Shown: positions 56,401 to 64,000 of the stretch, one piece after another | Layout: each line of letters begins with the position of its first letter | Numbering within the stretch: the first letter of the stretch is position 1 | IMG/VR virus record: IMGVR_UViG_3300032320_001595 | Span: 1 to 64,000 of that record | DNA from: a virus | Taxonomy: Duplodnaviria; Caudoviricetes | Length of the DNA stretch: 64,000 nucleotides | Reading direction: 5' to 3' (one strand) | The notes under the pieces: generated by a model | Told to the model about the DNA's origin: nothing | Seen by the model: the letters and a program-made list of their open reading frames with translations, nothing else | Databases searched by the model: none | Position numbers and translations under genes: made by a program

Positions 56401-56972
56401 GTAAACAGCGCTAAAGGTATTGTAAAACCAACCATAAGTTGTCGGCCTGCCCATTGAGTATTCTTACCAAAATTAAGAAGTGACGTTGAACCGCCCTCAA
56501 TTAATTTATTAAAGATAGAAAACTTTTGAGAGGCAATAGCGGTAGAACTAGTAAGAGAATTTACCTGGGCTGGAGTTATCATCATTGCCTGACCAGCAGC
56601 AGTACTTACAGCAATAGATTGTTGATATCTAACTTGCTGAATAGCAAGTTCCTTTAACATACTATTCTGACGGGTGTATCCAGCAAATGCCTCACGGAAG
56701 TATTGACGCATGGTTAGGCGATTTGATGCAAGAGCCTTACCGAATCCTTCTACAGCAGACTGTGCTTGAACGGTCTTAGCAGTAAATCCACCAATCTGCC
56801 CAACATTAGTAGCGAATGTAGATGCAAGACTTCTTTGTGCGGATAAGGCGCTTTTGTCAAGTGTATTAAATGCGGCAGTCAGGCCAGCAATCTGGCCCGT
56901 TAAAGCCTTAATTTGCGCCTGTGCTGGCGACAAATTAGCATTATAAGTTATGACAGAATGTATATTAGCCAA
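50487..56972 (-). CDS. tape measure protein with C-terminal NlpC/P60 domain
   Basis: 2161 aa, Ala/Gly rich, TMP core (QWAGRQLMVGFT, FLNAVENQT, FGKYQFARM), coiled-coil, GCATSV...PGDLIF...HVEMY. Confidence 0.93.
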   Translation of the reverse strand: MANIHSVITYNANLSPAQAQIKALTGQIAGLTAAFNTLDKSALSAQRSLASTFATNVGQIGGFTAKTVQAQSAVEGFGKALASNRLTMRQYFREAFAGYTRQNSMLKELAIQQVRYQQSIAVSTAAGQAMMITPAQVNSLTSSTAIASQKFSIFNKLIEGGSTSLLNFGKNTQWAGRQLMVGFTIPLALFTAAVSKQFRDLDKELTRFQKVYGQDLGSSMKNSTEAMRKQVEELAFSIGRNYGIAATETAALAADIAATGAEGEKLIKSVQETTRLAVLGEVDRQEAMKATLAIQSAFKMDTDELTQSINFLNAVENQTSTTLQDFATAIPRVGPVVQSLGGDIQDLAMMLVAMREGGVPAAEAANAIKSGLASMINPTQKASDVAKEFGINLNKIVEDNKGQLMPTIYAMQNALQGLDDFGRARIIEEIFGKYQFARMSALFENLGRMGSQTQSVLELTANSSVELAAIANAELKTLQESTAMKFQRTLEQLRNTLIPIGETLTESLIPIFQFIGQAAGKFIEFFQALPEPIKNFAKYGTAIAALAGPVIMLVGLFGNLIANGIKFGMMMVRLGARIAGLRVEKFELLNEEVMAARLGVDTLTGSFTTQERALRQLIGAMSSYGASLRTLQTTNPALFIPGAAGRGTAPIKRQAGSKNPEYVPGSGSGDKIPALLEPGEFIVNRKAASSFGPLLSAMNSGKVGKYQTGGLVKAHIAAPGRVNLQDEKTMAMFRAIASPYAMGLIDAMAAAGVKQMNVYSNLVLMLTQSTNRLLTDSAAREKLNDLEIAQHNQSLKTQFQSQQAWQLMMDQTGLSFAELQPVIDQIIVELNALGKEVIDDPMMYAAVEEALRKLANTSNKAALTLQTVSGQYGAFQTMSVGPEGTRGGRRQAFGATTAGIPGYTDLKPGRIPRTYLQDRTMTVDPTPFFVTGMGKGAADATRSSSPSKEAEAVGEATGRNVGRGVISGLSRGLDRSTSGEAGGPGGSRLNAASNASFAAMMAASSLTLVTGASSDAAAKIGLFTTALMTATTAMQIFGGSNVLGNFLGLGSLGEKLKAAGAARAAASIGLKAPMAPLSMGVGKAAGAGAAMKMPGGLAGAGSGLARGGAMLSMLGGPVGIAAGLGITAAITGFMLYKKAAEEARERAIAAFADPVKTAEYFGENIKSVTQQFSDMAASSKEAGLNAGEVDQGLREAVKQDYAPLIENIQRQGSEVGARELSNAFNKMIASGLSAEQATASVEAIAVEAGVKGGQAFATAMGQGMLEATSTLDAMLSFRSSAAGGEQAQAAIERITVSGEERRRNVVSPGTTRGYGRSAIAFGSSDYVRDAARIGDLATTSSDELIKAAEFYFQTFTEAPQEAIKYFDQIAATTDETFNVDQIEEYLKGIDEVAGSRLASMIDENADKAKQVLRALSAGMSLPEIIAAIEAGTLDAEIKIRVDTRQAEINIQNLKDSISEALGADLTKNLEATDDNIEGLDKQINRVQNSLEKGTEKLQENFEATQEASDAAIEAMQDEADLIQEKIDKRREETQEKIDSLNEEKDGIVEATDAYIKSIQKRQRVDSFYANQRKTAFSALQKLASGDVFGFLQARTEMGQEAQQFSYDNQIQSIEDRREKEVNAIEDTIEKEQERQEQFEKNQQEKIDLINDQMDAERDLQDERQKGFEAQLEEFKKIKEKRVEDLQDARAKEQVKREGIQKAIDAAEAQQIISAKDLAKVLGPELAAPYIEEQKALIRTMYLADIKNKISAEEALKNAKERLMTLYPEQDRTQTGINYNAATIAELLGMRPGTSPIPNRANGGPISGPGGPKSDVIPAMLSNGEYVVQASSVKKYGTGLMDAINTQKFAEGGLIEGGQNTAERGSFNFASPKLVEGRIFPNKNKPKPDPGTGTGSPPPGGVTTNPPVAPGMDNILSLAQKYSYLPYSSAYPIQTDKSGNPTGWGCATSVAWLYKNGAGITLPSPSLSYGQYAGLRQTVSRSNIAPGDLIFYYNSSGVNTQNPVNHVEMYMGAGKVFNGGVGIQGGFSNHPVVSIKRPSKFAAGGFVGGMGGPRSDTVPALLSSGEYVMKSNAVDKYGRGFMDQINSGNFNMPSFGMPSMPTAPSSSIATTVNGGTSSTNNSSSNVKIVINGVSGKSATAIANKVASMINSSNNRRNHSRSI

Positions 56973-57351
56973 ATTCTACACCCTCCGCTATTTTATATTC
57001 TAGCCCCATTTCTGGGGTAAAACCTTGGCTAATAGCACCAGCAATATTTTTATCGCCAGTCAGTCTAGCCGCAGCCCTTGCCTGGATTTCTTCGATAGTC
57101 GGAATAGGATCTTTATGGCTTTCTTCCTCATTAGCATCAAGGTCTATACCTTGAATAGCCGCCATAAACTTCTGCCTCCGTCTTTCTGAGTCGTACATTG
57201 CTTTTAGAGTTGCAGCAAGTTCAGGCATAGAGAGCGACGACTCTAGTTCTTCGTAGTCTTTCCAATGGCCAAGTAGAAAGACCTCCCCCAACATGGAGGC
57301 TAGATCTAGATCCTCCCAGCGAGTTCCTGAGCCGCCGCTACTAGGTTTGGG
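56965..57351 (-). CDS. tail assembly chaperone, -1 frameshift extension (fused to 57306..57638)
   Basis: Frame is open from the C CCA AAC heptamer (57351-57345) through PSSGGSGTRWEDLDLASMLGEVFLLGHWKDYEELE. Confidence 0.8.
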   Translation of the reverse strand, partial: PKPSSGGSGTRWEDLDLASMLGEVFLLGHWKDYEELESSLSMPELAATLKAMYDSERRRQKFMAAIQGIDLDANEEESHKDPIPTIEEIQARAAARLTGDKNIAGAISQGFTPEMGLEYKIAEGVEFG

Positions 57352-57638
57352 TCGTTCAACCTAATATCTGCTGATACCTCTAAAATCTTGTACATTGTTT
57401 GAAGATCAACTGCCTCTTCAATCTCGTCCTTTTCGGCCAAGTCTGGAGCAAACTGCTTGAAGGCAATAGCGGTGCAGTTAATGAGAATGTCAAGGAATTC
57501 ATCCTCGTTGGTTGCTTCTGCAGCCTTTTGCCATTCTTTCATTACTTCTCTTAAATTCTTTAGATTTAATGGTTTTACTACAATGGAGCGACCATCTAAT
57601 AGTTCTAACTCTATTGTTTCGTATACTGTAGTTGCCAT
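57306..57638 (-). CDS. tail assembly chaperone
   Basis: Between tail tube and TMP; IELELLDGRSIVVKPLNL; slippery heptamer near 3' end. Confidence 0.85.
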   Translation of the reverse strand: MATTVYETIELELLDGRSIVVKPLNLKNLREVMKEWQKAAEATNEDEFLDILINCTAIAFKQFAPDLAEKDEIEEAVDLQTMYKILEVSADIRLNDPNLVAAAQELAGRI

Positions 57639-57686
57639 TAATTGTCCTTTCAGTTGTTATAAATATTATACATTATAAATGATAAA

Positions 57687-57709
57687 GACGTAGCAAAAAA
57701 TGCTACGTC
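57687..57709 (-). terminator. hairpin after major tail gene
   Basis: GACGTAGCA-AAAAA-TGCTACGTC. Confidence 0.6.
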
Positions 57710-57732
57710 CCTATCATAACGCTATTTAATTC

Positions 57733-58494
57733 TTAGAAGATGCGGTCAACGATCTTGCCGTATGCGGCATTACCATCGGGAGCATCATTTGATGTAGAAG
57801 GCATAACTCGGAAGTTAACGGGGAAGACGGTAGCATCGTCACGACGAACGCCAACGCCAACAGCCTCTACAGAAACTGCGCGGTAAAGCATGTAGATTCT
57901 TTCTGCCTTGTTACCACCAGCCTCTGCAACTGAAGTAGGAGCAGAACCAACGAAACATACTGAACGCTCTACAGGTGAGATACCAAGGGCACCACCATTA
58001 AGATGTAGAATGTTTTGAACCTGAGCAACTGCTGAACCATTAGCATAGACTGCACTAGCACCCTGAACATCAAGTGTGTTCGGAGCGCCGTCTGCAGATG
58101 CTGTAAGGTTGTATGATTGAGACAAATCTGTACTTCTGAAGTCGCCAGTAGCGCCCTTTGCACCACCAATTGCAACATAAAGATTTTCTAGGCTTGCTTC
58201 GGTAAGGCTTGTTGCAACAGTAACTCTTTGAGAAGTCTTGAATAGACGAGCGGTATCAAGGAGTTGGTCAACCATAACATCGTTGAATGTAGGCTCAATG
58301 TTGAGTGTAACACCCTCCATTGTGTAGCCAAGGTGACTCCATGCTCCACTAGCAACGTTGGTAACATTTGTTGGAATCTGTGCAGATAGGGTAGAAGCAG
58401 AAACGTTAATTCTGCTGTTCTCTACACCTGCGGGTCCAACGTAAACAACTGCTGCACCCACAATAATATTCTTTGCATTAAAGTCTCTAGCCAT
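57733..58494 (-). CDS. major tail tube protein
   Basis: NIIVGAA, LGYTMEGV...VDQLLD...TSLTEASLENL, FPVNFR; strong GGAGGTG RBS. Confidence 0.88.
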   Translation of the reverse strand: MARDFNAKNIIVGAAVVYVGPAGVENSRINVSASTLSAQIPTNVTNVASGAWSHLGYTMEGVTLNIEPTFNDVMVDQLLDTARLFKTSQRVTVATSLTEASLENLYVAIGGAKGATGDFRSTDLSQSYNLTASADGAPNTLDVQGASAVYANGSAVAQVQNILHLNGGALGISPVERSVCFVGSAPTSVAEAGGNKAERIYMLYRAVSVEAVGVGVRRDDATVFPVNFRVMPSTSNDAPDGNAAYGKIVDRIF

Positions 58495-58564
58495 TTATTT
58501 TTTCACCTCCTCGGAGCAGTAAAAGTAAAACGCTTCCTCATAAATTATATTATCATGAGGTTGA

Positions 58565-59059
58565 TTATTTTGTGTATTCATAGGTTAGTTTTAAACATGT
58601 AATAAATTTAGGTTTAAAACTATCTATTCTTTTTTCGTCAGCAATGTAGGAATCCTGATCTACAGTAATGTATTTAAACTTAATAGACGGACTCGCTTTT
58701 AATAGATGGTTATTTACTTCATTCGCACTCTCATCGAATCTGTCTAGGGCATCTACTATATAATTTTTTACATAAAAAATTTGAGGCAAATCTCCAACAA
58801 TTATATAATCGGCCTCCTCTTTTTGTAGTGGCCAAAATGTTCCAGCCTTTGGAAGAAACATGTAGTCATAGATTACGAATGGCATAGTTGCAGAATCTGC
58901 GGCAAGGTTTTCACTTACTGGATAAAAAGGCTTAAAGGTATAATTTCTTGCGTTCCAGACAGCACTAGAGGCCGCAGGATAACCAGAAACTGAGCCACTT
59001 ACTAAATCCCATAAATAGTTATTAATATGAACAATTGCTAACTCCATTGGATTAGACAT
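58565..59059 (-). CDS. tail terminator / tail completion protein
   Basis: Position between neck genes and tail tube. Confidence 0.55.
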   Translation of the reverse strand: MSNPMELAIVHINNYLWDLVSGSVSGYPAASSAVWNARNYTFKPFYPVSENLAADSATMPFVIYDYMFLPKAGTFWPLQKEEADYIIVGDLPQIFYVKNYIVDALDRFDESANEVNNHLLKASPSIKFKYITVDQDSYIADEKRIDSFKPKFITCLKLTYEYTK

Positions 59060-59753
59060 AGTTCGCCGTCACCCCTTCTGCAATTAAAGTTGCATCTCTT
59101 TTTGCAATAGAAAGCATATTAGTTACAATACCAGAATTTATTCTTGGAACAACTAACCTTCTACGCTCTTGGACTCCACGCTCTATTTTTCTGAAGAATC
59201 CAAACTTAGCAAGTATTTGACTTCCCTGTGTAGCAACAACTCTATTAAATGTTGACTCAAAACTTCCCTTAACCTCTGTGCCGCCAGGAGATTGCACAAA
59301 AGATTTTGTTGTTGTAACGAACCTTCCATCTTCAAGTCTATACTTTAGGTACTTACCTCTCTTTGGCTGTATAACTATAGGCTTTCCCTTTTCCATGACT
59401 TCAGCCTTGTTAGGGAAAGGATAACCTTGTTCGTTAGGATATTTTGCTGGACTAAAAGTATAACTTATGATAGCGCCATCGATGGTACTTGATATATTAC
59501 ACTTAAATAGTCTGGCTGATCTTTCTCCCGTTCTATTAAACTCATAAACGTGATGGAAGGCTTTTCCATTTTGGCGAGCCTGCATATCTACATAATTATC
59601 AAAGTAGTTCTTTATAATGAATGCCGCACCACGATTAATCTTAGTTTTGTTTTCTGGATTCATGTATAGGTCTGTAATAAGGGTGCCATCGTAAGTTGCT
59701 AGAGCAGTAACTTTTTCTGCAAACTTTCCAGTATTAAATGGTTTTGTAGCCAT
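59052..59753 (-). CDS. neck / tail-completion protein (putative)
   Basis: Position; FHHVYEFNRTGERSARLF and FPNKAEVMEKG patterns. Confidence 0.55.
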   Translation of the reverse strand: MATKPFNTGKFAEKVTALATYDGTLITDLYMNPENKTKINRGAAFIIKNYFDNYVDMQARQNGKAFHHVYEFNRTGERSARLFKCNISSTIDGAIISYTFSPAKYPNEQGYPFPNKAEVMEKGKPIVIQPKRGKYLKYRLEDGRFVTTTKSFVQSPGGTEVKGSFESTFNRVVATQGSQILAKFGFFRKIERGVQERRRLVVPRINSGIVTNMLSIAKRDATLIAEGVTANYV

Positions 59754-60193
59754 TATGGTCCTAACCTTTGAATCTCTTGACGCATTATAACGGTTTCATA
59801 TTCTATTACTGATCCGTCAAAATTGATTAGCGGGGTCGATCCGCGTGACTCAAAGATAGTAGATCCTTGAAACCCGCCATCACTAGATGGATCTTGATCT
59901 TCTAGATAAATAACACCAGAACTGTTTCTTATTCTTACAATTCTTCTATCTGATGGAATAACCTCTGATGATCGTATTTTAACCATTGAGATAAGCATAT
60001 TCAAGTAGTTATTTATTTCAACTGTTGTTGAGTTATCTCCAAGACCTTTTCTTACAACACCCTTAGCAAGACAGTTAATAGTTTTTTCAAAAGTCCAGGC
60101 TCTTACAACTGCTCCAGTAGCATCCTGAGAAACAGTAGCCTGATAAATATCTGCTTTCATTGTATACGTTGAAGATGATATACATGTTGCCAC
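59753..60193 (-). CDS. head closure (stopper) protein
   Basis: MKADIY...QDATGAVVRAW pattern; position. Confidence 0.6.
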   Translation of the reverse strand: MATCISSSTYTMKADIYQATVSQDATGAVVRAWTFEKTINCLAKGVVRKGLGDNSTTVEINNYLNMLISMVKIRSSEVIPSDRRIVRIRNSSGVIYLEDQDPSSDGGFQGSTIFESRGSTPLINFDGSVIEYETVIMRQEIQRLGP

Positions 60194-61096
60194 TTAAATC
60201 ACCATGTATCGCGGAATTTTATAATGCGCTAAAAGGTTGTCTACAAGCAGGTTTCCTGTCCCTGCAGCAAAGTCTGAGCCATATTTAATATCGTATGCGT
60301 CGTTGGATAGTTCAGATATATTCTTGTTTCGGATATTAAAATCATTGCATAAATAATCATTTACTAGTAAGGCTGTTGCCTCTTCTACATCTGCAGGGAC
60401 ATAATCCCATCCCCAAACTCCATCTATTTTATAGGCAAAATCTTTCTTAAAAATTCCTTGATAATAGAAAACAGAAAATCTAGGAAATTCAAGTATTTCC
60501 GTTTCTTCGTCAGAGTTCACTATTTTAATTCTATTTGAAGATTCACCAATTTCTAATGGATAATCTAATTGATAAAGAGAATTATCTCTCTCATAGATCA
60601 AAACATCATCTTCATAAATGGCATCTATTCTAAATAGATTATCTGGAAGAGTCAAAACGTCTGTATTGTTTCCATACACAGTTACTGTTTTTTTATTTTT
60701 ATAAAAGTCATACCCTAGGGATGCATTTATACTAAGCCTTGCTCTTCTCTCAAGTCTTTTAATTGCGGCGTCTGTTGTTGATACATCTATCGATGCAATA
60801 TCTCTTATTTGAGAAACAGTAGCATAGGGACGAACCAATGCAGCATACTGTACTTGATTATACGCTCCAGAGCCACTAGTTGTAACGTACTCTATTTTTA
60901 TGTTTCTGTCATATGTTGTTGAGTTAGCATCTAGTGTTAATTTAAATACAGATGAGGCTGTTTTTGTTGCCTTGCCGCCTTGAATAAACTCTTGTGTGTT
61001 TAAATCGTATATCTCAAAGTACACGTTAGTCGCATAGGAACTAGCAGTATAACTAATCTCTAAAGGAGAATAATCGCTTCTAAGATATTCAAGCAT
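60194..61096 (-). CDS. head-tail adaptor protein
   Basis: RPYAT, GVWGWDYVPADVEEATALL, TGNLLVDNLL; directly after capsid gene. Confidence 0.75.
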   Translation of the reverse strand: MLEYLRSDYSPLEISYTASSYATNVYFEIYDLNTQEFIQGGKATKTASSVFKLTLDANSTTYDRNIKIEYVTTSGSGAYNQVQYAALVRPYATVSQIRDIASIDVSTTDAAIKRLERRARLSINASLGYDFYKNKKTVTVYGNNTDVLTLPDNLFRIDAIYEDDVLIYERDNSLYQLDYPLEIGESSNRIKIVNSDEETEILEFPRFSVFYYQGIFKKDFAYKIDGVWGWDYVPADVEEATALLVNDYLCNDFNIRNKNISELSNDAYDIKYGSDFAAGTGNLLVDNLLAHYKIPRYMVI

Positions 61097-61150
61097 TTAG
61101 CACCACCAGAATAGTATTAATTCTATTTTACTACATATTGAGATATGGAA

Positions 61151-61174
61151 AGGGGGCCGCATAAGCGGCCCCCT
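61151..61174 (-). terminator. terminator-like hairpin after major capsid gene
   Basis: AGGGGGCCGC-ATAA-GCGGCCCCCT. Confidence 0.7.
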
Positions 61175-61193
61175 AACCAGTAATATTTAATTA

Positions 61194-62312
61194 TCAGCCA
61201 GTTACGGCGTTAGCCTTAGCCATTGCGGAAAGTTCCTCAATGTTGAGGCCCATACGGACGTAAACTGTGTACTCTACGCTATCTTTCTTTGGCTTGAACT
61301 CACGGTGGACAGTAACATCTCTCTGGAAGCCCCAGATTCTGTTCTGTGGGAAGGTGAGGTCAACGTAGGAGTCTGGGTATAGTGGAACTTCCATGACGGG
61401 GATACCGAAAATAGAAGTTGTCATACCAGCAGGGCCACCAACGCGGGGCTGTGCGCCACGGAGGATACCAGAAGCGATATCCTCAGGAACGCCACCTGAG
61501 CCAATTGCACGGAGATCCGTAAGAAGGGTTTGAACGTTCTTAGTTGAAGCATAGAACTTCAACTCGCCACGACGAGCCTTGAACTTACGGGGAAGTGCAT
61601 TGTAAAGATTCTCAAAGAAGGAAATAGCGGAACCACTCTTTACCTGACCTGCTGTAGTAGCAGCGGTGAAGAATGTGGATGCTGTGGTTAGGGTTGCAGC
61701 GGTACCAAAGTGTGTACCACCAGCAGCGCCATCGGCTAGTTTAACGAACCCATCGATTGTGTATGGGTAGGTTGTACCAGCGTAGGATGCGGTACCCTGA
61801 GCAGCAAGACCATTGATTGCAATGTCCTCAAGATCGTTACCAAACTGACCAGCCATTAGCCGGACAATGTGGTCCTCAAGAGCAGAGCCTTCAATGTTAT
61901 CCTCAAGTGCCTCAGTTGAGAGTTCGTAGTCCAAGCGGAACTTAGTTGTGACAATTTCAACCTTGGTGAATTGTGCGCCACGGTTTGCATAACTTGTTGT
62001 TCCTGCACCAGCATCAAAAATGCTTTCGCTTGCTTGTGATGCTTTACGGATCAAACGTGTGCCCACCTGAATCTTATCGAATTCAGCGGTGTTTGCACGC
62101 ATGATTTGTCTACGACCGTCGTTGCCCAAGACCATCTGATCAAACACATAGTCTAGGAATTGACGGGATTGTTCTGGAAGTAGGACGCCACCATCTTGTG
62201 TTAGTGGGTTAGTGGTCAAGTTCTCCATATCACCGCTTGAAGCGAGATCTGAGATGATTGAACCTGTACCAACATTTACTGCGGCAGCGGCCTTATTTAT
62301 AATGTCACTCAT
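61194..62312 (-). CDS. major capsid protein (HK97 fold)
   Basis: GGVLLPEQSRQFLDY, KFRLDYELSTEALEDNIEG, FGNDLEDIAING, TFPQNRIWG. Confidence 0.92.
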   Translation of the reverse strand: MSDIINKAAAAVNVGTGSIISDLASSGDMENLTTNPLTQDGGVLLPEQSRQFLDYVFDQMVLGNDGRRQIMRANTAEFDKIQVGTRLIRKASQASESIFDAGAGTTSYANRGAQFTKVEIVTTKFRLDYELSTEALEDNIEGSALEDHIVRLMAGQFGNDLEDIAINGLAAQGTASYAGTTYPYTIDGFVKLADGAAGGTHFGTAATLTTASTFFTAATTAGQVKSGSAISFFENLYNALPRKFKARRGELKFYASTKNVQTLLTDLRAIGSGGVPEDIASGILRGAQPRVGGPAGMTTSIFGIPVMEVPLYPDSYVDLTFPQNRIWGFQRDVTVHREFKPKKDSVEYTVYVRMGLNIEELSAMAKANAVTG

Positions 62313-62340
62313 GCTTTTCTTTACACCTCTCTTTCATATT

Positions 62341-63999
62341 TTAGTTAAATAGATCTGCGGAACTGAGGAAGCGTCCGCCCCATAGTGACTTTCTCATTAT
62401 GGGTTGCTCTGGGATACTATTTTCAAGTTCACCAGACTTCTTCATTGCTGTCTCTTCTTCTACAGACTCCACACGGGTAGCAATTTCTGTAGCAGCGCTG
62501 TTGAGATCAGCCAAACTCTTTGTAACTTCATCATATTTTGATTGAAGTTGTCCAATCTTATCGTCTACAGCCTTTGAAAGTTCAAGGATAGCGTTTGTAA
62601 TCTTATCCAAGGACTCTGTGCTTGATTCAACGGACTTTGTGATTGCTTCTTCTACGAAAGACTTAACTTCGCCTATGGCCTTTTCAACATTAAGAACATC
62701 TGAGGAAGTGTCTTCGGCAACGTCAGCCTCTACACTATCGGACTTGGCCAGCGCCAAGGCTTCAGTAACAACATCCTCTACGGTGTCCTCTACGGTTTCT
62801 TCTACGTCGAACTCAACTTCTTCTGAAGCCTCGTCCAGAGCCTGGGCGGTGTCAAGTTCTTCATGGCTTGTTTCGTTATTAGCCACTTCAACACCTCCTT
62901 CTTGTTTTTGTAAAGTCAGCGGAGAATTTTCTACTTCGTCCGACTTTTTCGTTGACAATGGATGACCATTTGGCAACAAATCTGTGTCATATGGCAGTTT
63001 TTTAAATTTCCCTTTTGCTACTGCAGAGAGGAAACCGTTAACTCTTTCAGTAGCCCAAGTTTTTGATATTTCTTCTTGATCTTGGACGGGGCTGGAGTTA
63101 AACGCATTTATGCCTCTTGTGTAAACCTCAAAAACTTCTTTGAAATTAACACTCTTATTGATAACATTACCATATTTTTCATTATGTTGAGAAATTAATG
63201 ACTCAAGTTCTTTGCGAATTGCAACCTCCGATGCTTTTGTTATTGAAGCAACTTTGATTTTAGTAAGGTCTGAGATGTTTTTTACAACAGTATGTTGAGT
63301 TTCTGAGAACTTATTGTTAGAAAGTTTCTTATAAACTCTAACGCTTGCCTTCTCTTCATTAAGAAGTTCTACTCTACCTTTTTCAAGGGAGGAACCTTTC
63401 TTAAATACAACAAAATCATTTTCTTGAATGGGGGTGTTATCTGCCTTGTAGGTGACTTTCTTCTTTTTCTTTTCTTTTGGAATACCTCCAGGAAGACCTT
63501 GTTGAGCATTACGGCTTGGAGTATTTTCATTAGTTAATGTCTGCTTGTCAATGTCCTCGTCATGCATGTCTTCATCTTCCATGTCTTCGTGACCCATTTT
63601 ACCTAATGAAGAAATTCTGTTAAGGGTACTCATTTTATGACCAACTCTAGTATCTGTAGCCTCCCAACCATCTGCAGTTTTTCTATAAACTCTAATTAGA
63701 ACTGCTGGATCGCCTTCTTCAGCGTTAATAGTAAAGTCTGAGTCTGGAACATTAATAGAACCTGATCTTGAAATTCTTTCTACTTTGCCTCTGGCAGTAC
63801 CACCAGATGAATTCCATGACACAAAACTTCCAACTGAAATAGAGTCTGCCTTAATAAGATACTCATCTACGACCTTGCCTATTTCTTGATTTTTATTAAC
63901 GTCATTTGACTCAATCCAGCCAATCTCAGACATATTTCCATTGCAAGAGGGGCAGGAGGCTGATTCAGATTTCTCTGCAATAGCAATCTTATCGCTCTG
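62341..63999 (-). CDS. C-terminal part of prohead protease/scaffold polyprotein, 5'-truncated by window edge
   Basis: Frame stays open upstream of the ORF-track ATG 63933 (QSDKIAIAEKSESASCPSCNGN); modular middle; acidic coiled-coil; ends KSLWGGRFLSSADLFN directly before the capsid gene. Confidence 0.75.
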   Translation of the reverse strand, partial: QSDKIAIAEKSESASCPSCNGNMSEIGWIESNDVNKNQEIGKVVDEYLIKADSISVGSFVSWNSSGGTARGKVERISRSGSINVPDSDFTINAEEGDPAVLIRVYRKTADGWEATDTRVGHKMSTLNRISSLGKMGHEDMEDEDMHDEDIDKQTLTNENTPSRNAQQGLPGGIPKEKKKKKVTYKADNTPIQENDFVVFKKGSSLEKGRVELLNEEKASVRVYKKLSNNKFSETQHTVVKNISDLTKIKVASITKASEVAIRKELESLISQHNEKYGNVINKSVNFKEVFEVYTRGINAFNSSPVQDQEEISKTWATERVNGFLSAVAKGKFKKLPYDTDLLPNGHPLSTKKSDEVENSPLTLQKQEGGVEVANNETSHEELDTAQALDEASEEVEFDVEETVEDTVEDVVTEALALAKSDSVEADVAEDTSSDVLNVEKAIGEVKSFVEEAITKSVESSTESLDKITNAILELSKAVDDKIGQLQSKYDEVTKSLADLNSAATEIATRVESVEEETAMKKSGELENSIPEQPIMRKSLWGGRFLSSADLFN

Positions 64000-64000
64000 G

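Larger units (their letters stand above)
3219..58549 (-). promoter_or_regulatory. dispersed set of TATAAT -10 elements in intergenic gaps (putative late/-10-only promoters)
   Basis: Plus-strand ATTATA at 3219, 18894, 21606, 22301, 34351, 35541, 40078, 50486, 57665/57672, 58544, each shortly upstream of a minus-strand start. Confidence 0.5.

Noticed and set aside
58513-58560. Weak hairpins upstream of the tail tube gene (CCTCAT/ATGAGG, GGAAGC/GCTCC) as a riboswitch
   Set aside because: Stems of 5-6 bp are expected by chance and match no motif I recognise; needs comparative data.
7535-62965. Numerous plus-strand ORFs of 60-300 aa in the ORF track (e.g. 7535..8032, 30761..31192, 53479..54363)
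   Set aside because: All lie antisense to well-supported minus-strand genes and show no family motifs.
1-64000. Stop-codon reassignment
   Set aside because: Long conserved genes are intact in the standard bacterial code and end in TAA, TAG or TGA; no suppressor tRNA found.

Overview
64 kb segment of a large, AT-rich, long-tailed (siphovirus-type) dsDNA phage genome. WhiB, an Lsr2-like protein, a DnaE polymerase, RecA, a Cas4-like nuclease, a SpoU methylase and tRNAs point to an actinobacterial host and a gene set resembling Streptomyces BE/BK-type or freshwater actinophages (inference). Positions 1-1059 are a short rightward unit ending in tRNA-Tyr. 1060-2200 is a non-coding convergence zone with DnaA boxes and iteron-like repeats. 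The rest is transcribed leftward; read from the right end: prohead protease/scaffold C-terminal part, major capsid, neck, tail tube, frameshifted tail chaperones, 2161-aa tape measure, tail tip and fibre genes, replication/recombination genes (DnaB, primase, SSB, DnaE, RecA, resolvases), terminase, a small tRNA/HNH/ncRNA cluster, a signal-peptide lysozyme, a 9.6 kb glycan island and small accessory genes. Best candidate new systems: (1) a phage-encoded virion glycosylation/hydroxylation system (Gmd + ColD-type + Fcl/ColC for GDP-colitose or fucose, seven glycosyltransferases, a sugar methyltransferase, a prolyl-4-hydroxylase-type oxygenase, an extensin-like PAPK-repeat tail protein, and a tail fibre with 16 [T/S]-A-S motifs); (2) a C-terminal K-S-x-W-G-G-x-F tag shared by the scaffold and three dispersed small genes, a possible capsid cargo-loading signal; (3) a cloverleaf-like ncRNA beside the tRNAs; (4) 5'-3' long-range pairing over the lysozyme ribosome-binding site. 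All family calls come from motif recognition, not database searches.
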